The notes below the pieces were generated by a model. The model was not told the DNA's origin. It searched no databases and saw only the letters and a program-made list of their open reading frames with translations. A DNA stretch of 64,000 nucleotides, from contig CM069160.1 of assembly GCA_035221665.1 (NCBI GenBank), positions 30,566,001 through 30,630,000 on the forward strand, in the 5' to 3' direction. Below are positions 63,731-64,000 of the stretch, in pieces. A program made the position numbers and the translations under genes. Source of the stretch: Okamejei kenojei (lineage: Eukaryota). The first letter of the stretch is position 1; the number at the start of each line of letters is the position of its first letter.

Positions 63731-63865
63731 AATGTATAAGGAGCTGTGTTCGCTTGCGAGACTGTTTCACGAGGATCTTTCATTTGGGGCGCACAGATGT
63801 GGTACGATCCTCGTCCACAGATTCCTTGGAGTTTGTGGAAAGCATGGACAATGAAAAAAATTGAG
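63731..63865 (+). CDS. CRAT: Carnitine O-acetyltransferase-like, internal exon
   Basis: Indel-corrected MYKELCSACETVS.RIFHLGRTDVVRSSSTDSLEFVESMDNEKIE vs CRAT IYGQACATYESASLRMFHLGRTDTIRSASMDSLTFVKAMDD. Confidence 0.88.
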
Positions 63866-64000
63866 GTTAATTCTCCCTTGGAAGTTCACAAAAAATAGAA
63901 CTCTCTCCCACAACTAACTTTATGAGGATGTTGCCAGGATTCAAAGGTTGAGCTACAGGGAGAGGTTGAGCAGGCTGGGGACTCTATTCCTGGAGCGCAG

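Noticed and set aside
47105-63865. Calling BTN-like gene 2 and the CRAT-like gene pseudogenes
   Set aside because: The frameshifts are mostly homopolymer indels, and neighbouring CR1 copies show the same indel density, consistent with unpolished long reads.

Overview
Eukaryotic, vertebrate, repeat-dense genomic DNA. The CR1 LINE, tRNA-SINE, Penelope and DIRS repeats resemble those of a cartilaginous fish such as a skate or ray (inference). There are three assembly gaps (2553-3052, 25522-25717, 54281-54780) and several indel-rich, apparently unpolished stretches (about 1-4300 and 47100-64000). Splice-aware reading finds three + strand genes that the ORF track mostly misses. (1) A butyrophilin/B7-like gene with signal peptide-IgV-IgC-IgV-IgC exons (21295-36698), built by tandem duplication of a V-C module, with no transmembrane exon that I can find. 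(2) A second butyrophilin-like gene with SP-IgV-IgC-TM exons (44689-52971). (3) Four internal exons of a carnitine O-acetyltransferase-like gene (58685-63865) in which the catalytic His appears to be replaced. The putative promoter/5'UTR exon of gene 1 is present four times in a ~3-4 kb tandem array whose junctions carry a template-switch inversion. A full-length DIRS retrotransposon sits in an intron, and its empty target site is also assembled, just across a gap. Penelope-derived fragments carry many minimal hammerhead-ribozyme cores. All calls come from manual reading; no searches were run.
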